From: Heterodontus francisci
Taxonomy: Eukaryota
Length of the DNA: 64,000 bases
Assembly: GCF_036365525.1 (NCBI RefSeq)
Contig: NC_090390.1
Span: 55,720,153-55,784,152, forward strand
Direction of reading: 5' to 3'
Of this stretch, positions 60,501-64,000 are shown piece after piece; the first letter of the stretch is position 1, and the number at the start of each line of letters is the position of its first letter. The translations under genes and the position numbers were made by a program. The notes beneath the pieces are model-generated. The model was not told the origin of the DNA. It saw nothing but the letters and a program-made list of their open reading frames with translations, and did not search any database.

Positions 60501-60750
60501 CCCAACACTGATGCCAGTGCCCCATGAAATGGAACCCCTCTTTCCCACACCACTCCTTTAGCCACGTCTTTACTTCCTTAATTTTCTTATCCCTATGCCA
60601 ATTTGCATGTGGTTCAGGTAATAATCCAGAGATTATAACCCTTGAGGACCTGTTTTTTTAAATTTTGTTCCTAGTTCCTGATAATACCCAAACAGGTCCT
60701 CTTGCCTAGTCTTGCCGATGTTGTTTGTCCCAACGTGGACCACAAGAACT
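57550..60750 (-). mobile_element. CR1 LINE (ORF1 end, APE, RT, 3' end) with an internal deletion occupied by a MITE
   Basis: ORFs 60633-60750 (VHVGTNNIG), 59679-60182 (YTNARSV...LGDFN), 58781-59233 and 57826-58647 (GVPQGSVLGP, KFADD). Confidence 0.92.
59298..59690. mobile_element. Harbinger-type MITE, left part only
   Basis: Starts GGCCGGAATTTTA after AAT; CCCTTAAGTGCCACTTAAGG palindrome; resembles the reverse of the 36091 MITE's right end; no right TIR. Confidence 0.7.
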
Positions 60751-60774
60751 CTCCAATATCCTTTCAAGCCGCTT

Positions 60775-60935
60775 AGAGCAACTAGCATAGATGCATTTAA
60801 GGAGAAGCTGGATAGACACATGAGTGAGGAAGGAATGTTGAAAGGTGGGAGGAGGTTCATGTGGAGCATAAACACTGGAGGAACTGTTGAGCTGAATGGC
60901 CTGTTTCTGTGCTGTGGCTACTCTATAATACTATG
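60775..60935 (+). mobile_element. CR1 3'-end fragment
   Basis: SIDAFKEKLDRHM; GAGCTGAATGGCCTGTTTCTGTGCTG tail. Confidence 0.75.
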
Positions 60936-61446
60936 TGATTGCAAAAAAAATTATGAAGTTAATAATAATACCATGGTGTGAGAGCTGAACACACATCAAA
61001 AGTATGAACACAGGGCATGGCAGCTATTGCAAAGGCAAATAGAATGCTAGTGTGTTGAAGTGAATTCTTGGATGTAATACCAACCGAGAAATACCGACAG
61101 TCAATAGAGCATTGATGGAACCACATACAGAGCAACATATTCTATTGTGTTCATCATTCTTTTCAAAAGATGTATAAACCACATAAATTCAGAGAAGTCT
61201 AATGATGGGTAGGTAATATTAATAGACTTTTATTACAGGTACTCAAATTTATTAGTCTGTTTACACAATCAGTGCAGACTGGTTCGTTATTAGCCACAGA
61301 TATTCTGTATAAAACAGAAAGGTACTGAAACAAAACTGCACTAAATATTTTAACAAGCTCATCCTGAATTTTGTGACACTTTGAGACCACGAGGTCTAAA
61401 GGATCTAAACCTATGGTCATTGAAGACAAAACTTAAGGCTGGCAAA

Positions 61447-61751
61447 TTTATTTTATTTAGAGATACAGCACTGAAACAGGCCATTCGGCCCACCGGGTCT
61501 GTGCCGACCAAGAACCACCCATTATATTAACCCTACAATAATCCCATATTCCCTACACTAGGGGCAATTTACAACGGCCAATTTACCTATCACCTGCAAG
61601 TCTCTGGTGGGAGGAAACCGGAGAAACCCGGCGAAAACCCATGCGGTCACAGGGAGAACTTGCAAACTCCACACAGGCAGTACCCAGAATTGAATCCGGG
61701 TCCCTGGAGCTATGAGGCTGCGGTGCTAACCACTGCGCCACTGTGCCGCCC
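61447..61751 (-). mobile_element. V-SINE (HE1-like), second copy
   Basis: Colinear with 27032-27387; A and B boxes; CR1-type tail. Confidence 0.92.
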
Positions 61752-62019
61752 ACAGTGATCCAAGTTCTCTAATTAATAAAAGTAATTAATAACCAACCAT
61801 CCCATACTCTGAGAGAGATAGCCTGCCATCCTTTGGCCTCAGGATTTCAATCTCACATATGTTCTCAAGATGCAGCTAATTTTCAACATTTGTCCTGCTG
61901 AAGAGCAAGGGAAGGCAAAAATGTCATGGAGAGGGCAATTTCAGCACACAAAGCACCACAAAGGCCTCAATTAAAAAACAGTCATCCATAGCATGTTGTT
62001 AGATCCATAGCATGTTGCT

Positions 62020-62630
62020 AGACTGGGTGACCGCTTTGCGGAACACCTCCGCTCAGTCCGCAAGCAGGACCCGGAGCTTCCGGTTGCTAGCCATTTCAAC
62101 ACTTTTTTTTCCCCCCCCCACCCCACTCCCCCTCCTCCCCTGCTCTCATGCTCACATCTCTGTCCTGGGATTGCAGCAGTGTTCCAGTGAACAAGAACGC
62201 AAGCTCGAGGAGCAGCAGCTCATCTACCGATTAGGCACACTACAGCCTGCCGGACTGAACATTGAGTTCAATAAGTTCAGAGCATGACAGCCCCCCATTT
62301 TACTTTCATTTTTAGTTATTTTTTTCTTCTTTTCTTTTTTACATTTTTTACAATTTTTTTTTGCATTTATTTCATTTCATCTTCGTTTGTTCAGTTTGCT
62401 TACCCACTGTTTTTTTTTCAGGTTTGCACTTGCTGCTGTTCACTATTCCGTCCGTTAACACCTAATCTGTACTAATGCTTTGTCTTTCAACACACCATTA
62501 ACATATTGTTTGCCTTTGCTCCATGACCTTTTGGTCAGCTATGTGGCCTTGTCCAATCTACACCTTCTCCTTTGTTATCTCTTGCCCCACCCCCACCTCA
62601 CTTGCTTATAACCTGTGACTTTTCTAATAT
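62020..62630 (+). mobile_element. Penelope-like element fragment (GIY-YIG endonuclease C-terminus plus 3' region)
   Basis: RLGDRFAEHLRSV...PVASHFN...RKLEEQQLIYRLGTLQPAGLNIEF (stop 62287). Preceded by a 19-bp tandem duplication at 61984-62021. Confidence 0.88.
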
Positions 62631-62640
62631 TTTTTTTTTT

Positions 62641-64000
62641 AGAATTAGAACATTACAGCGCAGTACAGGCCCTTCGGCCCTCGATGTTGCGCCGACCTGT
62701 GAAACCATCTGACCTACACTATTCCATTTTCATCCATATGTCTATCCAATGACCATTTAAATGCCCTTAAAGTTGGCGAGTCTACTACTGTTGCAGGCAG
62801 GGCGTTCCACGCCCCTACTACTCTCTGAGTAAAGAAACTACCTCTAACATCTGTCCTATATCTATCACCCCTCAACTTAAAGCTATGTCCCCTCGTGTTT
62901 GCCATCACCGTCCGAGGAAAACGACTCTCACTATCCACCCTATCTAACCCTCTGATTATCTTGTATGTCTCTATTAAGTCACCTCTCCTCCTCCTTCTCT
63001 CTTACGAAAACAACCTCAAGTCCCTCAGCCTTTCCTCGTAAGACCTTCCCTCCATACCAGGCAACATCCTAGTAAATCTCCTCTGCACCCTTTCCAAAGC
63101 TTCCACATCCTTCCTATAATGCGGTGACCAGAACTGCACGCAATACTCCAGGTGCGGTCTCACCAGAGTTTTGTACAGCTGCAGCATGACCTCGTGGCTC
63201 CGAAACTCGATCCCCCTACTAATAAAAGCTAACACACCAAATGCCTTCTTAACAGCCCTATTAACCTGGGTAGCAACTTTCAGGGATTTATGTACCTGGA
63301 CACCAAGATCTCTCTGTTCATCTACACTACCAAGAATCTTCCCATTAGCCCAGTACTCTGCATTCCTGTTACTCCTTCCAAAGTGAATCACCTCACACTT
63401 TTCTGCATTAAACTCCATTTGCCATCTCTCAGCCCAGCTCTGCAGCCTATCTATGTCCCTCTGTACCCTACAACATCCTTCGGCACTATCCACAACTCCA
63501 CCGACCTTCGTGTCATCCGCAAATTTACTAACCCACCCTTCTACACCCTCTTCCAGGTCATTTATAAAAATGACAAACAGCAGTGGCCCCAGAACAGATC
63601 CTTGCGGTACACCACTAGTAACTAAACTCCAGGATGAACATTTGCCATCAACCACCACCCTCTGTCTTCTTTCAGCTATTCAATTTCTGATCCAAAGCTC
63701 TAAATCACCTTCAACCCCATACTTCCGTATTTTCTGCAATAGCCTACTGTGGGGAACCTTATCACATGCCTTACTGAAATCCACATACACCACATCCACT
63801 GCTTTATCCTCATCCACCTGTTTGGTCACCTTCTCGAAAAACTCAATAAGGTTTGTGAGGCACGACCTACCTGTCACAAAACCGTGCTGACTATCGCTAA
63901 TGAACTTATTCTTTTCAAGATGATTATAAATCCTGTCTCTTATAACCTTTTCCAACATTTTACCCACAACCGAAGTAAGGCTCACAGGTCTATAATTACC
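62641..64000 (-). mobile_element. Young CR1 LINE, 3' portion (continues beyond window)
   Basis: ORFs 63680-63985, 63002-63658 (GVPQGSVLGP, KFADD) and 62714-62938; (TTCTAA) tail at 62641. Confidence 0.96.

Overview
Repeat-dominated vertebrate genomic DNA, almost certainly from a cartilaginous fish (shark): it carries HE1/V-SINE-type SINEs paired with HER1/CR1-type LINEs and shark-type Penelope ends. No host protein-coding gene could be identified with confidence, so it is probably intronic or intergenic. Nearly all ORFs in the track are pieces of transposons or their antisense frames. Contents: (1) many CR1 LINEs, including one full-length but disabled copy at ~10275-14632 (Zn-finger/esterase ORF1 plus APE-RT ORF2) and an inverted 5'-half copy at 579-2409; (2) a second CR1-group LINE family whose two longest copies (2695-5230 +, 23180-26225 -) start with a tRNA-derived Pol III head joined straight to the APE-RT ORF, with no ORF1; the younger copy has no TTTT run on its sense strand over ~2.5 kb, making it a candidate Pol III-transcribed LINE and the most interesting signal here; (3) three young RTE LINE copies with clear TSDs; (4) at least four degraded PIF/Harbinger elements, three showing convergent transposase and Myb/SANT genes, plus related MITEs; (5) Gypsy LTR elements and solo LTRs; (6) Penelope fragments, including a minimal hammerhead ribozyme motif and an 82-bp-arm hairpin with a 14-bp TSD; (7) an L2 3' end and several SINEs. 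Boundaries were read by eye and are approximate unless a TSD or TIR is quoted.
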